A DNA stretch of 64,000 nt from Octopus vulgaris (Eukaryota), in NCBI GenBank assembly GCA_951406725.2, contig OX597814.1, positions 199,516,001-199,580,000 on the forward strand. The letters run 5' to 3'. Within the stretch, counting starts at the first letter, position 1. The number at the start of each line of letters is the position of its first letter. Under the pieces are notes generated by a model. The model saw only the letters and a program-made list of their open reading frames with translations. It did no database searches and was not told the DNA's origin. This document shows, in pieces, positions 26,246-38,833 of the stretch. The translations under genes were made by a program, and so were the position numbers.

Positions 26246-27409
26246 AGCGTGGAATGTATGATTGTCCACAATTCGAAAATGTCATCATAATACTGCAATG
26301 GTGGTTGGCATACTGGAAAGCTTTAGTAAATATTGTATTTGTACACATTTCAAATTTCAGACATGGTGATTAATAGAAACTTGATCGTTCAATTACATAC
26401 TGAAGTCTTAATGAGACTTAGAATATACCCAACCAAATAATTTCTTTCTTGTTAATTCCTGTTTCTTGACGGGAAATTTGTTTTCCAAGCAGGATTCGGC
26501 AATGATTAAATCTAGAAGTATATTGACTTCTTTGAAAGTCAAGGACATTTTCTGCAATTTCTGTTTAATTCGTTGCCAGCCAGTTGTAACTGATAAGGTT
26601 TCAGAAATCTGTTTTCTTTTGATTTCTCTTTCTTCTTTGCTTATCTTCTGTTTTGTTGGTTTTTGCATTTTACTTGTTTACTCTTTAAAGCCAATTCTAT
26701 ATTAATCATTATGAAATAACATTAAATCTTGTAAACGCCTTATCTTAATTAACTATATTAAATTGTCTCCGTTAATATGATTAAAATGTCAACATTTATA
26801 TCACGATAAAATATCGCGTCGCAGAGACAATTTTCATCACCTTATAATGCGGTATCAAAACACTATCTTCAAAATCATATTAAAACTTCGCCTTGGGTAC
26901 CTTCTATGTCATATGAAACTTCCGTAACGCTTTGCATTCTAATCCCAAGAGGTAAGGATGCTAAATTAAGAACAACATTCAATTAATGCAATTTTATACT
27001 GTCAGTCGTCAGCCAAACATGAAACATATGATGTAATTTTGTTTAGATCAACGTTCTGAAGTTGTTTGTAAAGATGGCTGTTTCAGTTATTGATTTTGTA
27101 ATTCCAGTCTACTTGACGAATGCTGGATATGTAACCAGCCAATGTTACACTGCAAATATGAAAAATTATAATATAAACAAATGCAGTAGACCATTATTGA
27201 ATAAACATATACGTATTACTGTAAATTGACGGGAAAGTACCAAATAATAATATACGTTAGTAGAATATAAAATAAAACTAGCGTTAATATTATAACAGAT
27301 ATATTGTCACAATCTCTCTCTCTCTCAACGGACATATCTCCATGTGCATATATATGTGTGCGTGTGTGTATGTATATGCCTGTGTCTACACATGCATATG
27401 TATGTGAGA

Positions 27410-27468
<59 letters not shown>

Positions 27469-27551
27469 TAGAAACAAATTCTGTATATATATATATATAT
27501 ATATAGAAACAAATTCAGTTTATATATATATATACAGAAACAAATTCAGTT

Positions 27552-28934
27552 TTGCTAAGTTTTGATGTGGTAAGCCTCTACACCAATATTCCACACGATT
27601 TAGGAATAAAGGCGATTAAATACTGGTTAGAAAAACATAGAGAAGTGATTCCCAGCAGATTCACAGTGCCATTTATATTAGACACAGTCAAACTTATTCT
27701 AGAAAATAACACATTCTTCTTCAATGGAAAGAATTACATCCAAATTAGAGGCACGGCGATGGGAACGAGGTTTGCTCCCGTTTACGCCAACTCTGTAATG
27801 GGATACTTAGAAGAACAACTCTACCAAGAGGTGGAGGTAAACTATGGCACTGGATTTAGAAAGTATATTGAAAAGGCATGGAAGAGATACCTAGACGACT
27901 GTTTCATAATCTGGACAGAATCTCTAAATACTCTGGAAGAGTTCAATATCCTCCTGAACAACCTACACCCATCTCTCAAATTTACAAAGGAGATGAGTAG
28001 TACCAAATTACCATTCCTGGATATAATGGTAATTAAAAAAGACACCACCATCACCACAGATATATACTATAAACACACAGACACACATCAATACCTAAAT
28101 TTTAAGTCGTGCCATCCACCACATACAAAACGTAACATCCCATACTGCCTAGCCAGAAGAATTTGTACTATTGTAGAAGATGCAAATATCAGGAACAAAC
28201 GCCTAATAGAACTAAGAGAATTTTTGCTCAAACAAAAATACCCATCTCTACTTATAGAAAATGGCATACAGCGGGCTATAAAAATACCTATACAACAACT
28301 TAGGACAACCCAAGGAAGAGGAAAACAAGAACAAGTCATACCATTCATAGTGACACACAACCCATGTCACCAGAATATCTTCAACATTGCCAAAGCAAAC
28401 CTACCAATCATTGCCCAAAGTAATGAATTAAAAGACATAATCAAGGATCGAGCTATGGTGCTTAGTAAAAGACAGCCTAAAAACTTGAAAACATTACTAA
28501 CAAAGGCAAAATTTGACCTCAGCAACAAAGACCAAACATTCACGGTATCTAAATGCAATGATAGCCGATGTGGCACATGCCAATTCATACATACCGGTCA
28601 ATATATAAACACAAAAACCGGGAAAATATTCACAAACGCGAATATGAAATGCAAAAGCAGAAATTTAATTTACTGCATCAAATGCCCAAATTGTGAAGAA
28701 ATATATGTAGGTCAGACGGGAAACGCACTATTAGAACGCTCACGTGTACACCGGCAACAGATTAGAGACCCAGAGGTCCGTCAGATACCTTTGAGTAACC
28801 ACCTAGCAACATGTGGTCGGAAAATATATATAATATTTCCATTCTACAAATTACACAGCCCAAGTGAAATCGAGAGGAAAATCAGAGAAAAGAATTTTAT
28901 TGATAAATTCGAACCCAAGCTAAATAAGCAATAA
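27552..28934 (+). CDS. Penelope-like reverse transcriptase + GIY-YIG endonuclease (N-terminally truncated, no internal stops)
   Basis: SFDVVSLYTNIP, GTAMGTRFAPVYAN, RYLDD, LPFLD, YYKHTDTHQYLNFKSCHP, Cys linker CNDSRCGTC, NLIYCIKCPNC-EEIYVGQT and downstream His residues. The TTG start in the ORF track only reflects the truncation. Confidence 0.95.
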   Translation: MLSFDVVSLYTNIPHDLGIKAIKYWLEKHREVIPSRFTVPFILDTVKLILENNTFFFNGKNYIQIRGTAMGTRFAPVYANSVMGYLEEQLYQEVEVNYGTGFRKYIEKAWKRYLDDCFIIWTESLNTLEEFNILLNNLHPSLKFTKEMSSTKLPFLDIMVIKKDTTITTDIYYKHTDTHQYLNFKSCHPPHTKRNIPYCLARRICTIVEDANIRNKRLIELREFLLKQKYPSLLIENGIQRAIKIPIQQLRTTQGRGKQEQVIPFIVTHNPCHQNIFNIAKANLPIIAQSNELKDIIKDRAMVLSKRQPKNLKTLLTKAKFDLSNKDQTFTVSKCNDSRCGTCQFIHTGQYINTKTGKIFTNANMKCKSRNLIYCIKCPNCEEIYVGQTGNALLERSRVHRQQIRDPEVRQIPLSNHLATCGRKIYIIFPFYKLHSPSEIERKIREKNFIDKFEPKLNKQ

Positions 28935-29251
28935 TAATAATACTTAGAGGTATTACTTCCACTGCTACGACCATGACCACTAACAACAACAACAATACTA
29001 AAGGTGATCAAGACGAAGATAGCAGGAAAATTATCTTATTTAGGGTTAAAAGTTCTATTGCCACCACCATCACCACTAGCAACAATAATTAAGGTGCTGA
29101 CAATGATGATGATGACAATTGAAATATAAAAATATAAAAATCTCTGACAAAGGATATTTACAACATTTCTAAAAATAACCCAACAATTGCTGCTTCGGCC
29201 AGGGTCAAGATACAGGACTCTTGACCTGTCCAACAAAGCGTGATGCCTAAA

Positions 29252-29393
29252 CCAATCAGCTCAACCAACCAATCAGCTTAAGTAATTGAGTGATACTACA
29301 CACTGATTGGTCAGAATACAGTTTGCAAAACCTAGCACTCTGGAGCCTACCCAGCTGTATTTATAGCACAGAATCACTCATCTTGCTACAGTC
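29252..29393 (+). promoter_or_regulatory. Putative pLTR Pol II promoter
   Basis: CCAAT at 29252 and 29269, ATTGG at 29306, TATTTATA at 29358, Inr-like ACAGTC 30 nt after the TATA start. Confidence 0.4.
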
Positions 29394-29428
29394 AAAAATT
29401 GTGAAGCATGACTGTCAACACTACTACA

Positions 29429-29473
29429 TGAACCCGAAGATTGCAGAATTCAATGCATGAAAGTACTAGTTCA
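29429..29473 (+). ncRNA. Minimal type-I hammerhead motif (U4C variant) in the Penelope pLTR
   Basis: TGAAC-CCGAAGA-T-TGCA-GAATTCAA-TGCA-T-GAAA-GTAC-TA-GTTCA: 5-bp stem I, palindromic stem III AGTACT. Confidence 0.75.
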
Positions 29474-30919
29474 ATCAGAATGAATATTTAACATTCTACT
29501 ATTTCATTTTATTTTATTCAATTATAATATATTATCTTATAATATATCATTATAAGATTGTAAATAAAACGTGAAAATCAGACAAGGTTGGAATTCTTTT
29601 TATTAATATATATATATATATATATGTATGTATATTTATGCATTCATATTATTATAATATATATAAATTTGTTAACTGAGCACATTGTGAAGTAGTTGTC
29701 TAAACAGTACGTTCCTGGATAGAAAGAGAAAGTACAGTTGTACGTATCGTTCGAGGTTTCGAGATGGGGGTCTTTCTCAGCAACTGTGTACTGTCGTCTT
29801 TTACAATCAACGAATTTGTAAACGCACTCATATTAGGGAAACAGCTCGCATGTTGTACATTCTTCTAACAAGAATCAGAACATACCCCAATTGTCTTTTC
29901 GGAAAGACTTCCACCCGTTCCCCCACCCCCATTTTCTCCCAAATTTGTTTATTTTCGTTTTTTTTTTTTTGTTTTTTTGGGGGGGTTTTTTTTTGCCAAA
30001 ATCCCCGTTTTCGGATACGGAGTTCCGGAAAATTGCCCAAAATCGGCATTGTGAAATATTTTGAAAAAAAAAATTGTAAAAAAAAGTTTAAAATGAAGGA
30101 AATAGGGGTGTGGTGGTGGTAATTTAGAAATGTCAATTTTTGCCAAATTTTTTACAGATTCGTAGCCGAAAAGTGGCGGGGGGGGGTCGAAAAAAATTTT
30201 TTAAGGGTGGTTTTTTGGGTGAGGACGGGCGGAGGTCTTGCCGTCTTTTTTCTTTTTGTCCTAGAACTTATTGTTTCAATATATAGTTTACAATGGCTAC
30301 AGCACACTGTCAATCGATATGTATGTAATACAATGCATTATAGCAAAGAAATGAATTTACACATGACATAATTAGTTCAGTATACAATACATCTATATGC
30401 ATACAAATATAGCAAACCATGTATACACACATACACACATGTACTATATATATCTTTTATTGTTTTATTAGTCATTTGACGGCGGCCATGCTGGAGCAAC
30501 ATTTTATTTTACTCACTGACCCTACACTTCTTCCTGAATCCGCCACCGAATTTTCTACAACGTTTCCCACGCATACACCGCAAAGCTCTCTCCTACACGC
30601 AATCATCCATTAAGCCTTTCGGTTCGGCTAGTACATATTTTTCCAGTCAAAGATTTTACAGCCTATGTGATGCAATATAGTACCACTCCGGTCTTCCTGG
30701 TATTTAGCTCCAGACTGTGATCGGAATGTATGACGCTATAATGACGGCTCAAAAGGCTTGCATGCGTACAAACCTCGCTGACTTGAGAAAAAGTTCTTGT
30801 GAGAAACCTCCTGGTTGAAAGGAGTAATAACATAAGATATAGCAGTATTCTAATCGAATGCATAAGCACATACATTGGCCTCACCTGACCTGGCTCTCTG
30901 TTGATTGTAACAACGATTG

Positions 30920-31218
30920 TTCCAGATGATTCGACCAACTGAAAAGCCCCCTCGTGAAATTGATGTGCAAGTGGCGGAGCACTCCACACATAGGCGTACC
31001 CTTTACGCAGTTCTTGGGTGGGGGGGATTGAGCGGGAAACACAATGTGTCAAGACTGGCCCTTTAAATTACAGGTACGACTCATTTTTTACCAGCTGAAC
31101 GAACTGGAACAACGAGAAATAAAGCGGTTGGATAAGGACACAAAACGTTGCCGGGAAGTGAACTCAGGACTTTACGATCATGAGCTGAGTACCCTAACCA
31201 CTACACCATGTGTCTTCA
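30920..31218 (-). mobile_element. Diverged tRNA-derived SINE sharing segments with families C and D
   Basis: GAGCACTCCACA..GTACCCTT, CAGCTGAACGAACTGGAACAACGAGAAATAAAG and CCCTAACCACT. Confidence 0.65.
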
Positions 31219-31270
31219 CACATTACGATATATATGAGTGTGTGTGTGTAATATATTTGAAGGAGAAAGA

Positions 31271-31309
<39 letters not shown>

Positions 31310-32481
31310 AAAGAGATGTGTGCTGGTGTGTGCAGATTTTGTGCATGTTCGTTTCGAAATACATATCTCAATGTACACAGTGTTATACATAACTGATACA
31401 ATCTCCCTTGGTTGCTATTTATTGTTAAATCGACTACGCTATTTATTTAGCTGTTACTCTCTGTGTCTGTATATACAAGTATATTTACGTTTATGTCAGT
31501 GTATGTATACACTTGAATATATGAGTGTGTATTTTTATATAATCCTATATGTATCTAAGCATATTTGTTTTGATATAAATATCAATACGTTAATATATAG
31601 ATAGATAGATATACTTTAATGCATTTATACGTATTTGGCTGCATGCATATATGTGAGAGAGAAAATAGAGGTTAATGAATTCCAGTCAAAGACCTCGGTC
31701 AGCATTCCATGCGAAATATCTGCCGAACAGAATATCAAGAGAGGAAAATCGGAATCCGTATTTGTATAATCCACTGGGCATTCCAATACAAACTTTAAAT
31801 CCGAGGAGATTCGCCAATCAATCAGTTAAAGGTGCATCGCAGAATACAATACCAGATAAGAGTGAAGTTGATGGCGTTAAATAACTTTATTAAAATGTGA
31901 CTGTCGTTTCGATATTTGGTGGAGCCATTTCATCCAGGTACGTAATGGTTTGTACACATGCAAATGATGTACAGTCAAACATTAATTAATCCATAAGGTT
32001 ACCACCTGCTACTTCATCAGATCTTTTAAACTTACTGTGGTAAGACCTTCCAGCAGATATCTCGAGGGATTTGAGGTTGCTGAGTATCAGTTTCAAATTA
32101 AACAGTAAATATCCGTTCCTTCCAAAATATATCAGTCGAGGGATAACGCAGATAAGGGATATATCGGATTACTTTATTTCATTAAGTATAAACCCGCTAG
32201 CGTTTCGGTCCTTCACTGGTCAGGGAGATTATCGAATTTATTCTCTTGTATGCATGGTGAATAGGGAGAAAGTAATCTTGTACGGAGAGAATTACAAAGA
32301 GATGGCGGTTTGCAACTGCAATCACTGAAATGCTTGTAAAGGAAGGGGTTCTATAAAGGGAAGTTGATGAGATTTAAAACAAACTAAAATAAAGAATGAG
32401 GTAAGGATTAGTTAGAATATATAAACAAAATAAATCGGTGCCCACAGCTTTTGAATTTCGTTAATGAGATATACACACTTA

Positions 32482-32519
<38 letters not shown>

Positions 32520-32860
32520 AAGGGTAAAGACCCCCTTCGGTCATGAGTGACCATGGGTTTGCACCTAGAGAGTTACCCTCTGAGGCACAAGTCTGGGCAA
32601 GGTTGTTTTATGGAAGACCAGTAGTTGCCCATGCATACCGGCCTCCCCTCTCCACGCCACCAGTGTTATCCAAGGGAAAGACAAAGGTCGATACAGCTTG
32701 GCACCAGTGACGTCGCAACTCATTTCTACAGCTGAGTGAACTGGAGCAACGTGAAATAAAGTGTCTTGCTCAAGAACACAACACGCAGCCCAGTCCAGGA
32801 TTCGAGCTCACAACCTCACGATCGTAAGCTCGACGCTCTAACCACTGATCCATGCGCCTT

Positions 32861-32861
<1 letters not shown>
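32520..32861 (-). mobile_element. tRNA-derived SINE family D (V-domain-like)
   Basis: Minus head GAAGGCGCATGGATCAGTGGTTAGAGCG..; GTGTTGTGTTCTTGAGCAAGACACTT..TCACTCAGCTGTAGAAATGAGT. Confidence 0.8.
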
Positions 32862-32928
<67 letters not shown>

Positions 32929-32933
<5 letters not shown>

Positions 32934-33878
32934 CGTTCCAAAATATCAACGACGTAATATTTGTTTATTTTAGTTAAAAACCTCTCGTTGAAATTCAACG
33001 AAATTTCAACAAAATGATGCAACGGTTATATGCGCGTGGTGTGTAAAAGATGGTGTCGTTTTGCACAAGTGTAAACAAACCGCTGTCATTTGAATGATTT
33101 CACGAACTTTCAGTGTACCAAATTTTTAACAAGTTACCTGATAATCGTGTAATTATCGGTCGTAAATGTGATTTAACTGCTTCAGAGAAATCTGTTATTA
33201 CTTCTGAACTTGCAAGAGGTCATCCAACGTTAGAAATATCTAAAACAATTGGAAGATATCACCAAACTGTGAAAACAAATGTTATAGTTTCTACGAAGAT
33301 TCGCAAGAGAGCCGACAAAGGATCAGTCGAGGGCAGTTCCTCAACATTCTCTGTCGCGAATTAAGCATGAAGCTATAAAGAAGCCAGGTCTTACAAGTGG
33401 AGAAATTCTCAAGCGCATTGACGAAACAATTGTGTCCAGACCTATCTGATGTCTTTTGCTGAAGGCCAGTAAACTAATGGCATCAGTTAAAAGGCCTCCT
33501 TTAAACAAAATACACATTCCAACTTATTTCAAACAAAGGCTCATATATCACCTACCAACCAGCTCACCTATCATTTTTGAACATTGTTTATTTGTTTATT
33601 TTTATTTCTTCCATGTTTACTGTATGCGTTTATTGGTATTTTCTTGTTTACATGAGTTTCAATTACACCTCGCTGATAATTTGAGACAGTGAAAGTTTAC
33701 GTAAATTCGGTAGATGGCTGTAATTTCTGTCTTGTTTTTACAGAGTCTCACGTATTTTAACACACCATGCGCGTATAACTGTTGCCATCATTCTGCGAAG
33801 ATTTTGTTGAAATCCAACGAGTGGGTTTTAAAATAATTTTTTTTAAATGTTACGTCGTTAATAATTTGAGACGCAGTG
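32929..33878 (+). mobile_element. Internally deleted Tc1-like transposon with long (~200 bp) IR/DR-type TIRs
   Basis: Ends CACTACGTTCCAAAATAT / ATAATTTGAGACGCAGTG-TA; inner repeat ATAATTTGAGACAGTG at ~33677; N-terminal HTH remnant GRKCDLTASEKSVITSELARGHPTLEISKTIGRYHQTVK. Confidence 0.85.
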
Positions 33879-33899
33879 TATATATGCAGCTCACGATTT

Positions 33900-34250
33900 C
33901 TTTGTGCTCTTGTGATTCTATTCTATTTGTAGGAGGTTGCACCACTGTTGGTGCTTCTACACGAGACAGGGCGGCCCGGTGCCTGTATTTGCCAGATGTT
34001 GGGGTTGGTATGAAAGCACTTCAGTGAGGCTTTTAGTGTATCTTTGAAGCGCTTTTTCTGCCCACCTTGTGTGCACTTGCCAATTCCCTGTAAAACAATC
34101 TTTTGTGTAGTTGTGTGTCAGGCACTCGAATAAGGTGACCTACCCAACTGACCGACGCGTTCTTCAGCAGAGTGTAAATGAATGCTTAGCAGATCGGCAC
34201 GAGAAAGGACCTCCGTGTCTGCAACTTTGTCTTGCCAGATGATTTTCAAC
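33900..34250 (-). pseudogene. RTE-clade LINE 3' fragment
   Basis: LKIIWQDKVADTEVLSRA, VGHLIRVPD and GGQKKRFKDTLKASLK. Confidence 0.85.
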
Positions 34251-34772
34251 GATAGAATGAAGATAATGGTGTTACGTCGACTTAAGATGATTCGTGTAAA
34301 TATCTGATAATATGCGCCAGTGGCGCTAAGTTCCCGACTGAGTCTTTGTAGTTACGTTTGAGGAATAAAAGAAAATCTAGCGTTTCATATCTTTGCTCTA
34401 CATCTGAGGGAGGCACAGAGTAGTGCTGCTTGCATTTGCTTATAATTGTAACAACAGCACGACTTAATTGCTCTTCAGAAGAGAAAGGCTCTCGGTAATA
34501 CACACTTTATTCCATGAAATAAACTTACCAAAGTCATCAACATCTCCAATAAATATTTTAAAGTATATATATTCAGCTGAAATTAGTAAAAGTAAAATCG
34601 TATCATTCCTTAGAATAGGTAGATGTAAGTACTTAAAATCATTATCGAGTGAGACTTTTATATAAATATTTGAATTATATGAAATAACCCGTTGATTTAA
34701 AGAACTTTAGAGATTTAGAGATATAACTATGTCAGTGTTGCTTGTATTCTTTATTTTATAGGATCAATATAA

Positions 34773-34990
34773 TTCTTTCTACTCTAGGCACAAGGCCTGG
34801 ATTTTTGTGGGGAGGGGGACAGTCGGTCACATCGACCCCAGTTCTCAACTAGTATTGAATTTATCGACACTGAAAGGATAAAAGGAATGAAAGGCAAAGT
34901 CGACCTCGGCGGAATTTGAACTCAGAACGTAGCGGCAGACGAAATACCGCTAAGCCCAGCATGCTAACGGTTCTGCCAGCTCGCCACCTT
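34773..34990 (-). mobile_element. SINE family B
   Basis: GAAAGGCAAAGTCGACCTCGGCGGAATTTGAACTCAGAACGT is the reverse complement of the family B core. Confidence 0.85.
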
Positions 34991-35224
34991 TTTGTGGCCA
35001 ATATAATATATATTTAATGACATTGAATCAACACGTGAATATTTTATGCAGCAAGCTGTTTTAGGGAACAAAAGTCCAATTTGATTTATAGGTATCATAA
35101 GTAGTGAAGTGATTTGAACTAAAATTCAAATGAGAAAATTTCGAATGGCGTATGTGAACAACACATTGCATATTCCAACTAAACCTCCAATACTGACGAG
35201 AGTACTGTAGAGTTTTATATTCTA

Positions 35225-35610
35225 CTAGCAGTTTCGCCCGGCGTAGCTCGAGTGTGTTTCGACCCTTTAGAATTGGAATTTTTGAAAAGTAAAAATTTTG
35301 CATTATGTAGCTTGTTATTCTCTTTAAGTGAACATTTTTCTGCTTGAAATACACCGAAAAACGGCGACACAGCAGTAAAAAAACGTAAAAAATCGGGATT
35401 TTCATAGAAAAAGGACATTTTTTATGTAAATAATTTTTGGTGTTAACATGGTCCGATTCGAATTTTTTTCTTCTACGGAAGGAAGAGCAAGCCTTCTTCT
35501 ATCATATTTTCAATTTTGGTCAACTTGCGCCGCAGGGTGTCGGAGGAGATAGTGTTAGTTGAAGGCTACCAAACCTGCTACACACAGACAACTTCAGCTT
35601 TATATATAGA
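35225..35610 (-). mobile_element. Non-autonomous Helitron-like element
   Basis: On minus, begins TC(TATATA) and ends with a GC hairpin plus CTAG|T; its terminus matches the one at 63685. Confidence 0.7.
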
Positions 35611-37016
35611 GGGATGTATCTCATAAGCTACCAGTTTAGCGTTAAAATATTGCGCTGCATTTGTGAATTCCCATATAACAACTGACAAAATATATGTTCA
35701 GTAAAGTGCTATCAATGTAAATTGGATTGACCTTTAGAAAGTTTCCCACATTCACAAAGCCTTACATTGAATGGCTTACTGTAATCCACTTCATTCTTGT
35801 TTGCTTTTTCATGTATTTTTAGTGTTGTCAAATCATTTAATGAAATGAATAACTCAATAACATTAATGATAATATAAGCGCATTGTGAAAATTACAAATA
35901 ACTACGCCATCACATAAAATCGGTACTATCAATACAAATCCCGAACGGAAATATAATGTCCTCCATTTAAGTCATCATTAGGCTTGGTGCGATTAAAGGT
36001 ATTCTCCTATAAAAGTCACAAAACCATAATTTATGGAATCTTCATCGCCGTCTAGAAATAGTATTTGTGTGCGCCAAATAATAATTCAAAAAATCAAATT
36101 TATCGATTTAGATTAAATATTTAGTTTTCAGACTTAATCTTTTAAAAAAAAAATTGCATCCTCTTAGCAGTTACAGAAAATTAATCTCTTTTGATGAATG
36201 TGTCTTTGTAAACCATTTATTTTATAATCCTTGACTCACTTAGCTGTTCCAGGAAATGCATAAAGAAAACGTTATTGTTTCAGCTGTTTTGTTGGATAAA
36301 ACATTTTATGATAATTGAGTATAAAGGTCCCTAATTTACTCTTTTATTGTGCTATAAAATAAAATATTCGAACCTTTGATGACACTTTCGCAGTTTATTT
36401 CCCAACTACACCAATAATGTGCGAGAGATAGAGTGAGAGAAACAACGTAGAAAAGCCATTTTAGCGCGGTAATACTCTTTAATCCATTTTTTATTAACAT
36501 CCTAAAGGTGTCCAAATTTTCGTTGTACGACTACAAGCTGGGCACTAACACAGTTCCAGTGCACTTGCTCGAAATTTAGTTAGAGGCAAGATTTTATTGA
36601 CCTTCGATTTTCTTTTCTCTTGTTGAAATGACAGGCATAAGGGTCGTATATACGCCCATTGACCGAGACTTCTTGACATCATTTGTCCGTTAATCACTTC
36701 TGGGTTCCTTCCTTTTGTCTTTCTAGAACTTTGTAAAGATCATTATCATCACTCTGCTTTATTTTCCTTGCTTTTATATGCCATGGTGGTTTACTGTAAA
36801 TTTGTTTACTCCATTTGCGAGGTATAAATAACATTTTTGTTTTATGACACCAGTCTATAGAAATCCACTTCCTGCTATGTACATTAATTATATTATGAAA
36901 TATGTGATTTAATACGCAGGAAGGCAAATGACAAGAAAGAAATAATGTTGATAAAATTGCACTTTATATATCTGTAAAACTCCACATATTTGTGTAGGTG
37001 TGTGTCCGCACACACA

Positions 37017-37067
<51 letters not shown>

Positions 37068-37074
37068 AGGGAAA

Positions 37075-38008
37075 CTAAAAAGCCCAAACGAAGTTTAAAA
37101 CCAGAAAAAAGAACAGAAATTATCTGACTGGCAGACGAAGGTGTTGCATGGTAGATTCCTTAAGATAGCTGCAGCAAATAGTTGTAGTAAGAAATACTTA
37201 TGGTTGCAGAAAGAAAAACTGAAGAAGGAGACAGAATGTTTGTTAGTAGCCGCACAAGATCAAGCATTAAGGACTAATTGGATACAAGCCAAGATAGACA
37301 AAAGTCAAGTATATTTCTAATGTAGGTTATGCAAATCAAAAGAGGAACACGTTATTCACATAGTAAGTGAATATAGCATGCTGGCACAGAAAGAATACAA
37401 GACATGACAATCTAGGGAGAGCAATCTACTGGGAGCTATGTACAAAGCTAGGATTTTAACATACTGTTAAATGGCATGAACAGGAACCTAGTAAAGTACT
37501 AGAAAGTAAGAAATATACAAGATATTGTGGGACTTCATTCAGACTGACAGTAATAGATGCTAGAAGGCCTGATTTGTTAGTAGTAGATAAAGAGAATAGA
37601 AAGTGCCAGATAATTGACTTTACAGTCCCAAATGGTGAAAAAAATTAATATGAGAGTAATAGAAAAACTAGCAAAGTACCAGGACCTAGCTATTGAATTA
37701 CAGGGACTATGGGAAGTGGAGGTAAAATGTATCCTAGTAGTTCTAGGTGCATTGGGAAATATTCATAAAGATCTGAACAGATGGATAGAGGAAATAGGCA
37801 TAAAACCCAGTTTAGTACAGCTCCAGAAAACTGTGTTGTTAGGGATAGCTAGTATATTTAGGAGGGTTCTCGGCATCGAAGGTTACTTGCTGTAACCCAA
37901 TACGAGGGTTTTTGGCATTTAAGGCTACATGTAGCACGATGTTAGGATTCTTTTCTTTTCCAACAGTCTAATCTGTTGAGTGTATATGAAAATAGTAATA
38001 ACAATAAT
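37075..38008 (+). pseudogene. 3' fragment of an R4/Dong-like retrotransposon
   Basis: LHGRF, LKKETECLLVAAQDQALRTN, CRLC..HIVSE, HDNLG, ILWD, RRPDLLVVDK, IIDF, KYQDLAIELQGLW, VLGALG; ends in a TAA-like tail. Confidence 0.9.
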
Positions 38009-38445
38009 TCTAGGATGGAATTTATAAAAATAGTTTATACATCCTTACGCGCGATTCCGCAAATCCCATGACTTTAGCATCATAGTCTGTATCCTTGGGA
38101 TGAGTACAGTATAGTCCGCATTATCGTGGGCATCCGGTTGATCATCATCATTGGTTCATTTCATCAGGCGATACTGCATTGGTGGATGAATCCCAGAGGG
38201 ATGTTTATCCCCTCTTTCCGGTATGAAGGCCAATCTAGCTCTATTTATCCTACATTATATCGATATAACCATGATACAACACGCAAAACTGATTCACTAA
38301 TGAGTATCGTTAAACGGTAGCCGGCATAATACCTATGTACACATTCCTATGATACAATACTAATACAGGTAACAGAAACAAATCGAATAACAAAATAAGA
38401 ACCCCTTCCGAAACGTTATTTCGAATGTATCTATGTGTGCGTATG

Positions 38446-38484
<39 letters not shown>

Positions 38485-38782
38485 TACTCTGCTCTCTAAA
38501 TATGAGGTATTTTGCAGATTTTTTCGTTTGCTGTACAAGTCTGTATATATAAGTTCACACAAATGTCAAATTATTTTTTTTAAAAGTGTGAGAATAATAA
38601 TCTAATAGATAATGTCGATGAAATCAGTTTGAAATATACCGATCTATATAAAGTTCATACTTCTCTTTATAATTTATATATATATATATATATATGTACA
38701 TTCACATACACCCACGTGTGTAAAAATGGTCGAATTAGTTGAACTTTGAACGAAAAGACCGCGTGGTATTTCGTTAAAATAT

Positions 38783-38833
<51 letters not shown>

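Larger units (their letters stand above)
27536..29605 (+). mobile_element. 5'-truncated Penelope-like element (Neptune-like) with a 3' pseudo-LTR, flanked by (TA)n
   Basis: RT plus GIY-YIG ORF, followed by CCAAT/TATA-like motifs and an HHR motif. The 3' boundary is approximate. Confidence 0.85.

Noticed and set aside
27410-27560. Repeat-spacer-like pattern resembling a CRISPR array
   Set aside because: The spacers are (TA)n, the context is eukaryotic and there are no cas genes.
29190-29262. Possible tRNA-like element antisense in the PLE 3' UTR
   Set aside because: Only a loose A-box resemblance, with no convincing B box or cloverleaf.
31044-31604. 186-aa ORF
   Set aside because: It runs through a SINE, a (GA)n tract and low-complexity TA/TG sequence with no domain signal.
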